This document shows positions 48,917 to 61,691 of a stretch of 64,000 bases of DNA, piece by piece (positions within the stretch are counted from its first letter, which is position 1; each line of letters opens with the position of its first letter). The DNA lies in contig NW_025767723.1 in NCBI RefSeq assembly GCF_003918875.1, positions 1,984,001 to 2,048,000 on the forward strand, read 5' to 3'. The translations under genes and the position numbers were made by a program. Origin of the DNA: Haliotis rubra. Its lineage: Eukaryota. The notes below the pieces were generated by a model, which was not told where the DNA came from, made no database searches, and saw nothing but the letters and a program-made list of their open reading frames with translations.

Positions 48917-51900
48917 GCATACTTTTGCCCTTCGCGGTCCCCTTGAACATGTTCCATATAGCGTTATAACAAAATCGAGTTTTGTGACGGTTATTCTGGA
49001 AACAAAGCGGGAGTTCCTTATTATTGTTATTATTCCTCAAAAACCGAAATCGACAACAACTAAAAATACGTGAAAGCATTCGTTGAAATCAAATTCAGGG
49101 AAATGGTAAAAAGTTCGTAACGAAACACGACCTCATAACAAGAATTTCGTTACTTTGTGATGTAACGAAATTCCACATCTTATTAAATTTACTTTTTCGA
49201 TCCTTTGCCACAGATCATACACATTACTACCATTTTGAGACGAAAACGACAAGCCTGGTTTGGTGTCATGGCAGCTCGAAGCTAGAATGCACTTGAAAGA
49301 CATCACAACAAAAACGACCCAAACTTCGCCAGCGCATCCTCTATCAAATCCCGACAGTGTTGTCGAGATGAGACCGAGGCTCATCTCATAAGCCAGGAAG
49401 ATCTTCTCCCAGTCGTTCTCTGTAAATCTTCTCTTGCTTCAAAACAAACATAAAAATCTGAAAAATCCCAAACTCTCCGCTGATCGTTTGGCAAATTAAA
49501 TCCTCAAACATTAGGTTGGTCGTCAACATTTTTTATTGTCTAAATGACCGTCCGATTCTCTTTGAGTGTCGAAAAACTTCAAAGCCCGAAACCGTTCGCG
49601 CAAACAAGAGTCCGGCTTGGTATAACACTCAGCACAGGTTTGGGTTTACTCAATGATCGCGCGTGTAAGGAGGGTTTTAGACAATGGTGGCTATTTTCCA
49701 ACTTTTAACGCTAGGGTAAAAATTCTACACGGAGAATTTGTTAGTAGTAGATTATGCTTTCCGGGTTGCAGACGAGTTGAAAGGTCGGGTTAGGTCACTG
49801 GGATTTTCAAAAACAGAAACGGTTTGAGAAAAAGCGGATTAGTGTTTGTTTCTTGGCAATGTGTCACAGGTAATGTTTTGTTCGGTTTTGTTGTGGCTCT
49901 ACCTTGGAATTCGAGTCTGATTGTCATCGAATTACGTTGCAGTGTTGGATAATGTGGAGTAAGGATGGATTAAGGATTCATGTTCCTAGGGGTTCACAGC
50001 GGAATGCAGGAACACATTTAACTCTGGCCTTCAATGAGGCCCATTGTTTTCCTCTGGGAATAAATACGTGTATGTATCGTTTCAACAAAACTGTTTGATA
50101 ATGTAAGACCGTTTATATGGTTGTTGTGAAGGAATGCTGTAATCTCAGAAAGTAAATGGTCGTTTATGCATTCAGATTAACAACAGAGCATTCCAGTATT
50201 ATCTATTAAATCTAGAGGTTTGGGGTAAGTTTATTCTGAATCTGCTTCTACGAAAACTTCAAATCACCGTCACGTCTCGAACAAAATCTTGCATAAGTTC
50301 CTTGACAGTACACGTTTGTTATCACGCGTTTAATCGTATGTTTGATCTCTTCGTATTTCAAGAGATACGTCATAAAATATATCTAATTCCATACATATAA
50401 TGTGATTAACAATTCACACGTTTAATATTTTGCTGATTATTATAAAGTTTCTTTGCAGAAAGCGACCCCAAATGTTTTTCACTATCTATGGATCAAACCG
50501 AAACATGAGTCTCATTAACCAATTCGGACAATGACCTACTTTTCAGCCGATCCGAATTTTCTCGTGTGAAAGTGAAAAGAGACACTACAAACAACTATGG
50601 TTACACTGAAATCCAATTCCTTGTTTCATAAGAAAATGGTATTTACAATTAATTGTAATTTTAAAATTTAAAAAAAATCGTATTTCTATATTTTATGTGG
50701 AGGTTTAGGCAGCATGTCGTTAACTAAGACGTCACAGACTGCCCCTGTTTGGTGAGGTCGTGAAATGATTCACAATTCATCTGGCTCAGTGGTTACACCT
50801 GTTATGTATTCCTTGCGCTAATTAAGTGTATGTTTGTAACGTACAATGTGACTGATATAATATCAAGTCCGTACCAGACCGCCAAACCTTTCTTGCGGCC
50901 CAAGCCTCGTTTTGAGATTTCCACGATTTCCAGATTTCCGTTTGTCAGAGCACGCTGTACGACAGAGCACGCTGCACGACGTGTTTGCAAGGATTAGAAG
51001 GAGCGTAGTGTTGCAATATGCAAGTGTTTAGATGTATCAAATCATACCGATCAATATTTATATATACAGTTGAATGAGTTAGTCTCAAAACTCTGGACTG
51101 GTTATTGTACTAAGTTGCGCAATAGGACGGAACCCGGTCAGAAGGAAGCGAGACTGTTGTCTAATCTATGTTTTGACTTGTTACAATCCGTTTCGCTTAT
51201 AAACGTCATTAGCTTGACAAGCATTGTACATTTCAGTGAACTGAAGTTCCACGTGAAATTGACAGCATGTATATACCACAAGAGAAGCTGTCTACAACGG
51301 GACACCGTTAAATACATACTCTTGCTGCAGCACACGTAATTGTGTGTATACAATGTCAGCCATGTCTCAGTTGACTTCATGTTTTAGAGAATTGTATCAT
51401 TGATTCATGTATTGAATGAGCATTCTATGTTGACCCGTGCCTATTGACACGTCAAATTGACCCGAAAAATGCTAAACGGAAACGTGGCTATTTCGCACAA
51501 ACCCTGGCATTGAAATAATAGAGAATCGACCTCCGCCATTGTTCTTTGCTAATTTCGACACTTGGCTTCCATGTGAAATAGAAACAAAGTATTATGCAAA
51601 TGTTTGGGTCATTTAAACAGTAAACAATGACACTGTTACGTCTGTCAAAGGTCAAACATTTGCATCGCTAACACAGGCATGTCAGAGTGTGGACTTAGAC
51701 CCTACGTTCAATATTGGCAGCGGTTCAAGTTAAATTTAAATCCAAGGTAAAGGATGTTAACCTAAACTATGCATCTTTGTTGTATGTCCAGTGATGAACA
51801 TTCTTGTGGTCACTGGCACGCAGTCACACGCTTGACCATTGCTGACCATTTATTAAAGTTAAATATTCTCTATCGATTGACATGACTTCTGGAAATTTTT

Positions 51901-53425
51901 AATTTTGAAACAACCACGTTGTTTGTATTTCCCATTCGAGCAAACGTAAAATATGCCAACATTTTCTTGTTGGCAGGGTTGGGATTATTGTAGTATTTGA
52001 CGACAATATAAAGAAATATTGTCTATAATTATTCTACAAAATAAGTCAATACTTTGAATTGAAAAGAAGGAGTTTGTTGACAGTTCCCATTGAGAAAGGT
52101 GACGAGTGTATGAAAAGGAAAAGAAAACAGGAAACGGATAATTATCTTAAAAATTCTATATAAAAATGTGTCTACTTCAGCGACAGTGTGTAAATGAACG
52201 TGACAGTGTCCCTGTTGTAGAAAGTGCAGACCAATGTCAACGAAACTATTATGTGTCAATTTCAGTTACAAGCAAATGACAGTGCAATGTATTGTATAAA
52301 CATCTTATATGTGTACATTTTAGAATAAGATTTATCCTTTTTCATTAAATACTTTTTGGGGGGAAAACAGGTATATGAACGCAGGATTATCAAAACACAC
52401 ATAATTATCGAGTCCAACCTCATGACGTCTTCAACAGCGATTACGTGAAGTTCGTGCGGCACACACATTGTCTGTATTATGTAATAGAGTGAATGCAATC
52501 TGCACGCACAATACGTGCTCAAGTTTTGACACGAAAACAGGGGCAATATTTGTGAGTCTCATGAGTACAAGTTATAGTCTATTACACGTCGTTTGTCGCT
52601 TTCAATAACTGTCAGTCACATCGTCCATACGATATCGATGATTATGCCATGTGTTGTTTAAGTTAGTTGTACATTTCATTTTGTTATGTACATCGATTGT
52701 CAATTTCATTACGTCTGATCATAAGGTCACGTAACCTTCTGATCAGCTTTGGTCTCGAGACATACAAACACTTCGTTGGATGATTTTTCTGATGCACATA
52801 ACATTTAGTATGATTCGTGTTATAAATGTGCAACAGTTGTCAATTTCATCACATCACATTTTCAACAGATTAACGAGAGTCAAATATCAGCCTGTTCTCA
52901 GACCGCACAAGACGTCGAAATTTCTCCGGACCTCACACGTCAAAGTTAACAAAGCCAAACGCCCGTTTTCAAAAACACGTTCAGCAGATCACGGGAAGGT
53001 TTTTTTACTTTAAATCTTTGCCGAAGGAAATATATTGTCCGCTGCAAAGGGTGTGTACTGTTTGCAAGCATGCACGTGTATTTAACAATGAAATAGACAC
53101 GATCAGCTGACGGGACAAGTGCTAATCATTGATGCAACATTGTTCAGACCACACAGATATTATGTCATGCGGAGACGCGCTTTGAAGAGAAGAACTACCG
53201 TTTCTCGTACATTTAATTTAAATTCATGTCCGTATCTTCTATGATAAATAATCATTCTCCTTTTCAAATAACATTGTGATATTTGCTAAATATGATGGAA
53301 CGGATGTTAAGTGAGAGTGGCTTACTGTTTTATATATGTGTATTTATTGGGGTCTTCTATTATCTATCTATTAACTATCTAATTTTTTTAGCGTTTTTCA
53401 ATTGGCTGTATTTCCTATTCATCTA

Positions 53426-53671
53426 ACCCGTGAAGGTCCGGGTTAGAATGTGCTTCAGTAACCCATGCTTGTCGTAAGAGGCGACTAACGGGATCGGGTG
53501 GGCAGGCTGGCTGACTTGGTTGACACATGTCATCGGTTCCCAATTGCGCAGATCGATGCTCATGCTGTTGATCACTGGATAATCTGGTCCAGACTAGATT
53601 ATTTACAGTCTGCCGCCATATAGCTGGAATACTGCTGAGTGCGGCGTAAAACTCACTCAATCACTCACTCC
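53426..53671 (+). mobile_element. Retroposon family B, full length
   Basis: TSD attcatcta. Confidence 0.95.
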
Positions 53672-53731
53672 ATTCATCTAGTATATTTTCTTTTCAGTAG
53701 AAACGGCTAACCCTTTCCACATCCATAACAG

Positions 53732-53880
53732 TCAGTGAGTTTAGTTTTAGCAATATTCCAGCAGTTTCACGGCGGGGGACACCAGAAATGGGCTTCACAC
53801 ATTGTACTCATGTGGGGAATCGAACCCGGGTCTTCGGCGTGACGAGCGAACGCTTTAACCACTAGGCTACCCACTGCCCC
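53732..53880 (-). mobile_element. SINE family A
   Basis: Homology to other A copies. Confidence 0.92.
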
Positions 53881-54044
53881 CACCCCATGTATTTGTTTCA
53901 GCAGTATTACAGCTTTACGATGTTGTTTGTAAACAATCGAGTCTGGATCGAGCCAAGAGGCAAACCAAAACATATGTCTAGGCCTACATATATGATATCA
54001 TGCGTTAGCGGATAATATCAGAGGGAAGATGTTGGATGTCCATA

Positions 54045-54289
54045 GTGAGTGAGTGAGTAAGTTGAGTTTTACGCCGCACTCAGCAATATTCCAGCTATAT
54101 GGCGGCGGTCTGTAAATAATCGAGTCTGGACCAGACAGTCCAGTGATCAACAGCATGAGCATCATCGCAATTGGGAACCGATGACATGTGTCAACCAAGT
54201 CAGCGAGCCTGACCACCCGATCCCGTTAGTCGCCTCTTACGACAAGCATGGGTTACTGAAGGTACATTCTAACCCGGACCTTCACGGGT
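54045..54289 (-). mobile_element. Retroposon family B, full length
   Basis: TSD tggatgtccata. Confidence 0.95.
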
Positions 54290-54384
54290 TGGATGTCCAT
54301 AACAAACTATACTGTTTTGTCAAAACTTTCGCAAACGCTATCGTCCAAAAGCGCGAATGAAAAGTAGTTATAGCACGGCACATC

Positions 54385-54530
54385 ACTGTAACACACGCAT
54401 GCGCGCACGCACCCACACACATAAATCCACCACCACCACCGACACACCATCACACCACACAGAGAGACAGATACATGGAGACAGGCACAGAGAGACACAA
54501 TCAGATACAGATATATCCATAGACACCCAC

Positions 54531-54561
<31 letters not shown>

Positions 54562-54663
54562 AAGAAACAGATATACAAAGAGACACAATAAAATAAAGGA
54601 AAAATCCAAAGAGACACACTCACACAGTGAGAGAGAGAGAGAGACAGATATACACACACACAC

Positions 54664-54703
<40 letters not shown>

Positions 54704-54808
54704 AATCAGATACAGAGAGAGAGAGAGAGAGAGAGGCATACTCACAGACACACACTCAGATACAGAAACACACAAGCATACTGACACACGAACACACACA
54801 CAGATACT

Positions 54809-54840
<32 letters not shown>
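54385..54840. repeat. Compound (GA)n/(CA)n low-complexity tract
   Basis: Read directly. Confidence 0.95.
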
Positions 54841-54841
<1 letters not shown>

Positions 54842-55062
54842 CAATACATGGACTAGGCTCTCCTGCCATACTGTTGTCATTCAAACATATTTCAATAAAA
54901 CAGGTTGTTTACAGATGTGAATCACGAATTAGTCATGTGAATAAGTTCGCTCAGTGCATCAGCGACCTGAAATTATTAACCTGTACAATAACACAAGTGA
55001 ATGTAGGGGACTAACCTGGATACATCGTGGTGTTTTGTTCCCATTGACAGTCGTTATCAAGG

Positions 55063-55485
55063 TTGTCCCATACCTAGGTACAGTGTACCCTGTACTTATA
55101 GTTCGTTTGGCTCAAAAGCAGACCGATGAATTGCAATCTAACTCGAAAACTACTAAATATATAATACTCAATGAAACACTGATCATAATCAAAACATCAG
55201 ACCAACTCTGTGATTTTTTGCAGAATTTATGTCCTAAAAATACAAAAGTTGTTTAACAAACTATCATTAATATTTTGACACAGTTCACTATTTGTTACGA
55301 GGGAGGACTGCAAAGAGAGGAACAGCCAGGTGTACGAGAAGCATGTGCACAAGTGCCGACAAAGTTATTGAATCATTTACCTGTGCTGTGCTGTCTCCAT
55401 CCTTTCTCGCACACCTGGCTGTTCATCGGTCCGATTTTGAGCCAAACGGATTATACACACAATGTAAACTAGGCTTTGGGTACAA
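55063..55485. mobile_element. Fold-back MITE with an interrupted left arm
   Basis: 55097-55130 pairs with 55422-55455 and 55320-55341 pairs with 55403-55424. Confidence 0.65.
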
Positions 55486-55722
55486 GATACAGGGAAATAA
55501 GAGAAAAAGTTTATTTTAAACCACGATTGTATTAACGTAGTACCCACCAAAATGTACTTCAAACTTAACTTTATATAAAGTACAGTTGAAAAGGGGATAT
55601 ACTCTTTCTTAAATTGGAAACATGTTGTCATGATGCTGACATAAATCAAATCCACCATCAACCCCCCCAACCCCGTCTCTCCTCTCCTTTTTGTCTTTGT
55701 CTCTCTTTCTATCTCTTTGTCT

Positions 55723-55927
55723 NNNNNNNNNNNNNNNNNNNNNNNNNNNNNNNNNNNNNNNNNNNNNNNNNNNNNNNNNNNNNNNNNNNNNNNNNNNNNN
55801 NNNNNNNNNNNNNNNNNNNNNNNNNNNNNNNNNNNNNNNNNNNNNNNNNNNNNNNNNNNNNNNNNNNNNNNNNNNNNNNNNNNNNNNNNNNNNNNNNNNN
55901 NNNNNNNNNNNNNNNNNNNNNNNNNNN
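55723..55927. other. Assembly gap (N run)
   Basis: Ns. Confidence 1.
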
Positions 55928-57041
55928 TCCCTACATTTGACTTGCTCAAACACCACAGAACGCTTGCAGTCACACCTACCGACTCATCCCATGTACATGG
56001 GCGTCAGTATATCGGGTGTTTACATCAAGTATATACCTCGCTTCTATCAATATTGTCCCCATGTATATCATATCGCTGAGATCACCAAGTATTTATCCAC
56101 GCTACCATGAATCACGGATGATATATTGGTTAAGCTGACATGTACACAATACTTGACCCTGTCGACCAAATTACGAATTAAAGCGATACATTTAAACAAC
56201 TACTGAATAACCATGCGTCGCTCTGCTGGTCAGTAAAATTGCCAGAGTTTGGGCGTTGCCCAGCGACGCGGAAAATGGAAAATGTCATAGTATATGTTTA
56301 AGTGTTAAACTGTTTCTAACTGGACTGATTTATGCTGTAGTGGATAGAATGGCGAGATACTGTATCAGCTATCAAATGACGCGAGACATATTTGTTTTTT
56401 CTTGGGTCAAGTGTCAGACATCAGACTAGGTCGTCAAGACAATATGGATAACAGTGATGGGCTCCTTTTTACACCAGGACAAGACTTAACTTATCTTAAG
56501 TATATCAAGTTAAATATGATCATCATGTTCCTCCAGTAGTCACTGACCGTGTAATTGAATAGTGGTTTGTGTATTGATAATCTATAGGAAAAGTATTTGT
56601 ACAGCTCATGTGAAACAAATTCCATTGTGACACTTCGGCGTTAGCATATATATAGATGTGCGGTATGTTCTCATTTCGCCTACATCCCAATTCGCCTACA
56701 GTCTTAAAACAAAATGTCATGGTCTGTTGACTGTTGATTACGCAATGGTGAACTAGTGGCACCCCTATGATCTAAAAGTGGACTCTTCCAGTTGAAGTAG
56801 TTGAAGGACAAAAATAATTTATTTATTTCTATTACTTGTCATTTTCTGATCACAGTGAAATGATAATTTATTTATCACATCATATCATCACATCATCTTC
56901 TAGTTGAAGTAGTTGAAGGAAAAAAAGAAAGGTTTTTTAAAGATTTTTTTTCTGTTATTTGTCTGTTACTTATTTATTCTGTTATTTGTCATTTTCGGAT
57001 CACAATCGTAGCATTGTCCATTCTCACTTCAACTTGATAAG

Positions 57042-57175
57042 ATGACCACCTGCGTCGAGGAATTGAAGGGGTGATCTTCTCCCAGAAGCAAGTTGCTCTC
57101 AAAGTCTGTCCAAGCGACTCTCCAGGTTTCGGTAGATCCTTGATTTGGGGCGGAGAGCTGCTCCATGATCGATAT
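57042..57175 (+). CDS. Candidate exon (DHLRRGIEGVIFSQKQVALKVCPSDSPGFGRSLIWGGELLHDRY)
   Basis: GC-rich island in AT-rich DNA, taag acceptor, gtgagc donor, open frame; the minus strand is also open, so strand is uncertain. Confidence 0.3.
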
Positions 57176-57210
57176 GTGAGCAAGTGAGCAAGTGAGCAAG
57201 TGAGCAAGTG
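57176..57210. repeat. (GTGAGCAA)4 octamer repeat
   Basis: Read directly. Confidence 0.9.
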
Positions 57211-58074
57211 GCCGTTTCAGTCATGCATATTTGTCAACTAACTTTCGATATGGCCAAGTGGCAGTTTCAGTCATGCATATTTGTCAACTAACTTTCGATA
57301 TGGCCAAGTGGCAGTTTCAGTCATGCATATTTGTCAACTAACTTTCGATATGGCCAAGTGGCAGTTTCAGTCATGCATATTTGTCAACTAACTTTCGATA
57401 TGGCCATGAGACAGTTTCAGTCATGCATATTTGTCAACTAACTTTCGATATGGCCATGAGACAGTTTCAGTCATGCATATTTGTCAACTAACTTTCGATA
57501 TGGCCATGAGACAGTTTCAGTCATGCATATTTGTCAACTAACTTTCGATATGGCCAAGTGGCAGTTTCAGTCATGCATATTTATCAACTAACTTTCGATA
57601 TGGCCATGTGGCAGTTTCAGTCATGCATATTTGTCAACTAACTTTCGATATGACCATGAGACAGTTTCAGTCATGCATTTTTGTCAACTAACTTTCGATA
57701 TGGCCATGAGACAGTTTCAGTCATGCATATTTGTCAACTAACTTTCGATATGGCCAAGTGGCAGTTTCAGTCATGCATATTTGTCAACTAACTTTCGATA
57801 TGGCCATGAGACAGTTTCAGTCATGCATTTTGTCAACTAACTTTCGATATGACCATGAGACAGTTTCAGCCATGCATATTTGTCAACTAACTTTCGATAT
57901 GGCCATGAGACAGTTTCAGTCATGCATATTTGTCAACTAACTTTCGATATGGCCATGAGACAGTTTCAGTCATGCATATTTGTCAACTAACTTTCAATAT
58001 GGCCAAGTTGCAGTTTCAGTCATGCATATTTGTCAACTAACTTTCGATATGGCCATTTGGCAGTTTCAGTCATG
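57205..58074. repeat. 50-bp minisatellite, ~17 copies
   Basis: tggcc(aagtgg/atgaga)cagtttcagtcatgcatatttgtcaactaactttcgata. Confidence 0.98.
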
Positions 58075-58149
58075 TTCGAAAGGGATATGATTCGTTTATT
58101 CGTCTAAAGGAGTGAAAAGACAAAATATAAGAGAAACTGTAAACAAGTA

Positions 58150-58614
58150 CAGTGGAAGCTGTTTAATAATCCGGTTCAAACAGCGGGCCGGATTGTAGAG
58201 CTGACACGGTTATCTCCGACTAGAAGTGGACCAGTTTTGTCAATCTCATATACAATGCTGTATCATAACAAAACATGTCAACTCACTAGTTACATGTACA
58301 AGTATACCCATGCTGAACTAATATTAAATTGTCTTTATCGGCAACCATGTAATCAACGCAGGATTAATTGATGAAAATACACATCCGGTTGACTCCTTGC
58401 CATGTGCCGGATTAGACAGCGCTGATTACTGTATAAACACATATTCGGTTAGCTCATTTCATGCCTAGATCCGGAATTGACAGCTGCCGGATTGCAGAGC
58501 TTTAAAATAATGATAAATGTACTAAAGTTTTAAGCCACGGACGGGACTAAGATTTTATGCCGGTGTTGACAACTTGCCGAATTGGACAGCTGCCGGTTTT
58601 GACAGCTTCCACTG
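58150..58614. mobile_element. pogo/Tc1-mariner-type MITE
   Basis: TA|CAGTGGAAGCTGT ... ACAGCTTCCACTG|TA; internal ccggattg subrepeats. Confidence 0.9.
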
Positions 58615-58641
58615 TAGTTTGAATGAGTATCATGAATGTGT

Positions 58642-58741
58642 CAATATTCTTGCTATAGAGTGGTACCAATGTTCTTGCTATAGAGTGGTACCAATGTTCT
58701 TGCTACAGAGTGGTACCAATGTTCTTGCTATAGAGTGGTAC
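58642..58741. repeat. 25-bp tandem repeat, 4 copies
   Basis: caatgttcttgctatagagtggtac. Confidence 0.95.
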
Positions 58742-59124
58742 GCCTTTGTGTCGGAGTTACGGTTGGCTCCTCGAAGTAAATACGTGCTTCCTTCGTATTG
58801 AGTTATTTTTCGGTTTCGTAGAACGTCGAATAACTCGAAGAATTTTCGTCAGTCAGTTTAACTTCGACACAACAGTATTTGACTGTATTGCGGTATGTGT
58901 GTGGGGTGGGGGTTGGGGTGGGGGGGTAGAGAAATGGGTTGTTGGGATTCGAACGCTGGTGAGAATACTCCATCTAAATATTTATATATCATGCAGTATT
59001 TATTCATCTGTATATGAAATACCGGACTGCACATATATTGTATATAACTATATGGATATATTAAACTGTAACACATATGTAACCTTATATGCCGCTGTCT
59101 GCGGCCAGAGTTGAAATAAAGTTC

Positions 59125-59299
59125 NNNNNNNNNNNNNNNNNNNNNNNNNNNNNNNNNNNNNNNNNNNNNNNNNNNNNNNNNNNNNNNNNNNNNNNNNNNN
59201 NNNNNNNNNNNNNNNNNNNNNNNNNNNNNNNNNNNNNNNNNNNNNNNNNNNNNNNNNNNNNNNNNNNNNNNNNNNNNNNNNNNNNNNNNNNNNNNNNNN
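59125..59299. other. Assembly gap (N run)
   Basis: Ns. Confidence 1.
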
Positions 59300-60085
59300 C
59301 GTCCAGCAAACCTTTCAGGCTAAGTCACTACTTGCCGAAAAGTGATAAATATATTGGCTGAAACAACAAAAGGTAACATGCATGTAAACATATACTCATA
59401 ATCGTAATCTTAATAGATATGTAAAATATTTTTCAAAACCAGTATAGTGGCAGGTTCGCTCAAAGTAGCAGCTATAACAGGAAGCTTTGTTTGTCAATAG
59501 TCAAGTGTTAATACCATATTATGCTAGTTTAACAATCTACTATCCCAATAATATATCTTCTAAAAATCAAAGCATAAATATTACAATTCGTTATGGTTAA
59601 AAATGTTAAAACTATAATCGTTATGTGTTACATTCGTAAAAAGAAGTAAACAATAGTATTCTTAACGATATTGTCAACAAAGAAACAAAGTCACCCTCAA
59701 GAAACAATACGAAATGGTAACTCGATAAACACAACGAAATGAACAAGTGTTTACAAACACTCACGATCAACCTGTATCAATACAAAGTATTAAGTTTGTT
59801 GTCATGGCCTAGTAACGAAGACATTTAAATAAACAAAAACAAAAAATTAAAAAATTAAAAATTGCTCTTTTGTGAAATAAGTAAACTAACTGACCCAGGC
59901 GCGTGGGTGCATCTGTACCAGATGGTGTCAATCAATCCTTTATAATTGAACCATTGATCTATTGAGCATTAATCGCATCATTTACATCCGTTAACTTTTA
60001 TGTCTTTATGGAAAAAACGGATTGGTAACAATGAAAAAAACATCAAACTATTCCGAGCTGATAGTAACAAAATAGTTTTACTTAC

Positions 60086-60160
60086 GCTGCTCTGACTCCA
60101 AGCATTAGAAGACAGAGTCACAGTTAGTACATCATTGTTTGAGGCCATTAATCCTATCGG
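60086..60160 (-). CDS. Candidate 75-nt exon (PIGLMASNNDVLTVTLSSNAWSQSS)
   Basis: gttttgtttaag acceptor, gtaagt donor, one open frame. Confidence 0.25.
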
Positions 60161-60947
60161 CTTAAACAAAACATGTTTGTATCAAGAAATGTTATCGAAA
60201 AAATCTATCAATGCATAAAATGAGGAATATGGACCATGCCTGATTCAATTTTACCTTTGAAGTTTTTGTTGATTGGTATATAATTGCGTTTATTGATAGC
60301 AATGATATCATTAACAATCAGCTTGCCTTTAGAAAAGGCACTTTAGAATATGTTCAATAAAATATTGGAGAAAGAAATCATTAGGAGGTGACCAAGGATG
60401 CTGCCACGCCTTGTCATGGGCTAATAGCATCGGGGCAGGTGAGGTTACAAAGGGACAAAGAAACTAGTAAAACTCTCATCGTATGGGTCAGTGAACAATA
60501 TTTGTATGGACATAGTTTCATGATTGTACCGTCAATGTCTTAGTAGCGAACACACTCATGTCCTCGTAAATAAGCGCAATGTTAAAGTGCATTAATAATC
60601 TGGATTTCTTTAATCTTTGCCGAAATAAAGAAATGTCCGATATTATTTACAACTTGGTATAGACAAATAGAAAGAATTTCCGCATATATTGAAAAGTCAG
60701 TTTCACGCTGAGATGTTTGAAGTACAAGCCACCGTGCAATTTAAAACAATTAAAATATTTCTGTGGAAGTTATTCCATTGTACGATACTGAATGAATCAG
60801 AAACATGTGTTTATGAATCAATAGCATATATTGATGACACCAGGTGTACGGGATATATGGTGATATATCGGTCTTTGATAATAACAAAATAAAAGTGCGA
60901 AACGCGGGAATACGATTCAACAGTGCTCACTGATTCAATAAGAAAAA

Positions 60948-61099
60948 GAGTGAGTTTAGCTTTACGCCACTTTTAGCAATATTCCAGCAATATCACCAGA
61001 AATGGGCTTTACACATTGTACTCATGTACGTGTGGAATCGAACCCGGGTTTTCGGCATGACGAGCGAACGCTTTAACCACAAGGCTACCCCACCGCCCC
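60948..61099 (-). mobile_element. SINE family A
   Basis: Homology to other A copies; caataa flanks. Confidence 0.9.
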
Positions 61100-61293
61100 A
61101 ATAAAAGCAAGATACAGGCATAATAACAGACAGACCGCGTTAATTAGGGTACTGATTGTCCGGATTAACAAGTGTCCGGACTAATGGATCATATATATGG
61201 AGTAATGTCAATTTGATTGTACACAGGCGTACATCAGCGACCGTAAGGCTAAATGGGACATTGGGTTCACTCTATACGATGTTTCATGGTATA

Positions 61294-61464
61294 GTGAGTC
61301 AGTGAGTGAGTATGGTTTTACGCCGATTTTAACAATATTCCCGCAATATCACGACGGAGAAAGCCAGAAATGGGTTTCACATATTGTACCCCATGTAGGG
61401 AATCGAACCCGGGTCTTCGGCGTGCCGAGCGAACGCTTTCAGCACTAGGCTAGCCCACCGACCC
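61294..61464 (-). mobile_element. SINE family A
   Basis: TSD gtttcatggta. Confidence 0.93.
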
Positions 61465-61536
61465 GTTTCATGGTACACGGTTTTTTAACGTGTGTTCAGG
61501 TAACTGAACCATTTTATGAAAAAGACGGAAATTGTA

Positions 61537-61691
61537 GTGAGTGAGTGAGTGAGTAAGTTAGGTTTTTATCTATATTCCTGCAGTACCACGACGGGGGAAA
61601 CTAGAAATTGGCTGCATATATTGCACACAAGAGAGGAATCTAACCCGATTCTTCGGTGTGACGAGAGGACACTTTAACCATATACCCACCC
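61537..61691 (-). mobile_element. SINE family A, degenerate
   Basis: Homology to other A copies. Confidence 0.8.

Noticed and set aside
50870-50990. NGNLEIVE ankyrin-like peptide on the minus strand
   Set aside because: It lacks the TPLH and LL residues and any neighbouring repeats; splice sites are weak.
54307-54880. SLSL/RERE ORFs
   Set aside because: Microsatellite translations.
55377-56110. Long ORFs spanning X runs, also at 59085-59361
   Set aside because: They are open only because of the N gaps.
57050-57170. Minus frame WRVAWTDFESNLLLGEDHPF resembling the plant ARF/Aux-IAA PB1 motif
   Set aside because: It is short, has no acceptor or flanking domain, and is implausible in this context; likely chance.
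57205-58074. 50-bp array as a CRISPR array or hammerhead multimer
   Set aside because: Units are contiguous with no unique spacers, there are no cas genes, and there is no CUGANGA...GAAA core on either strand.
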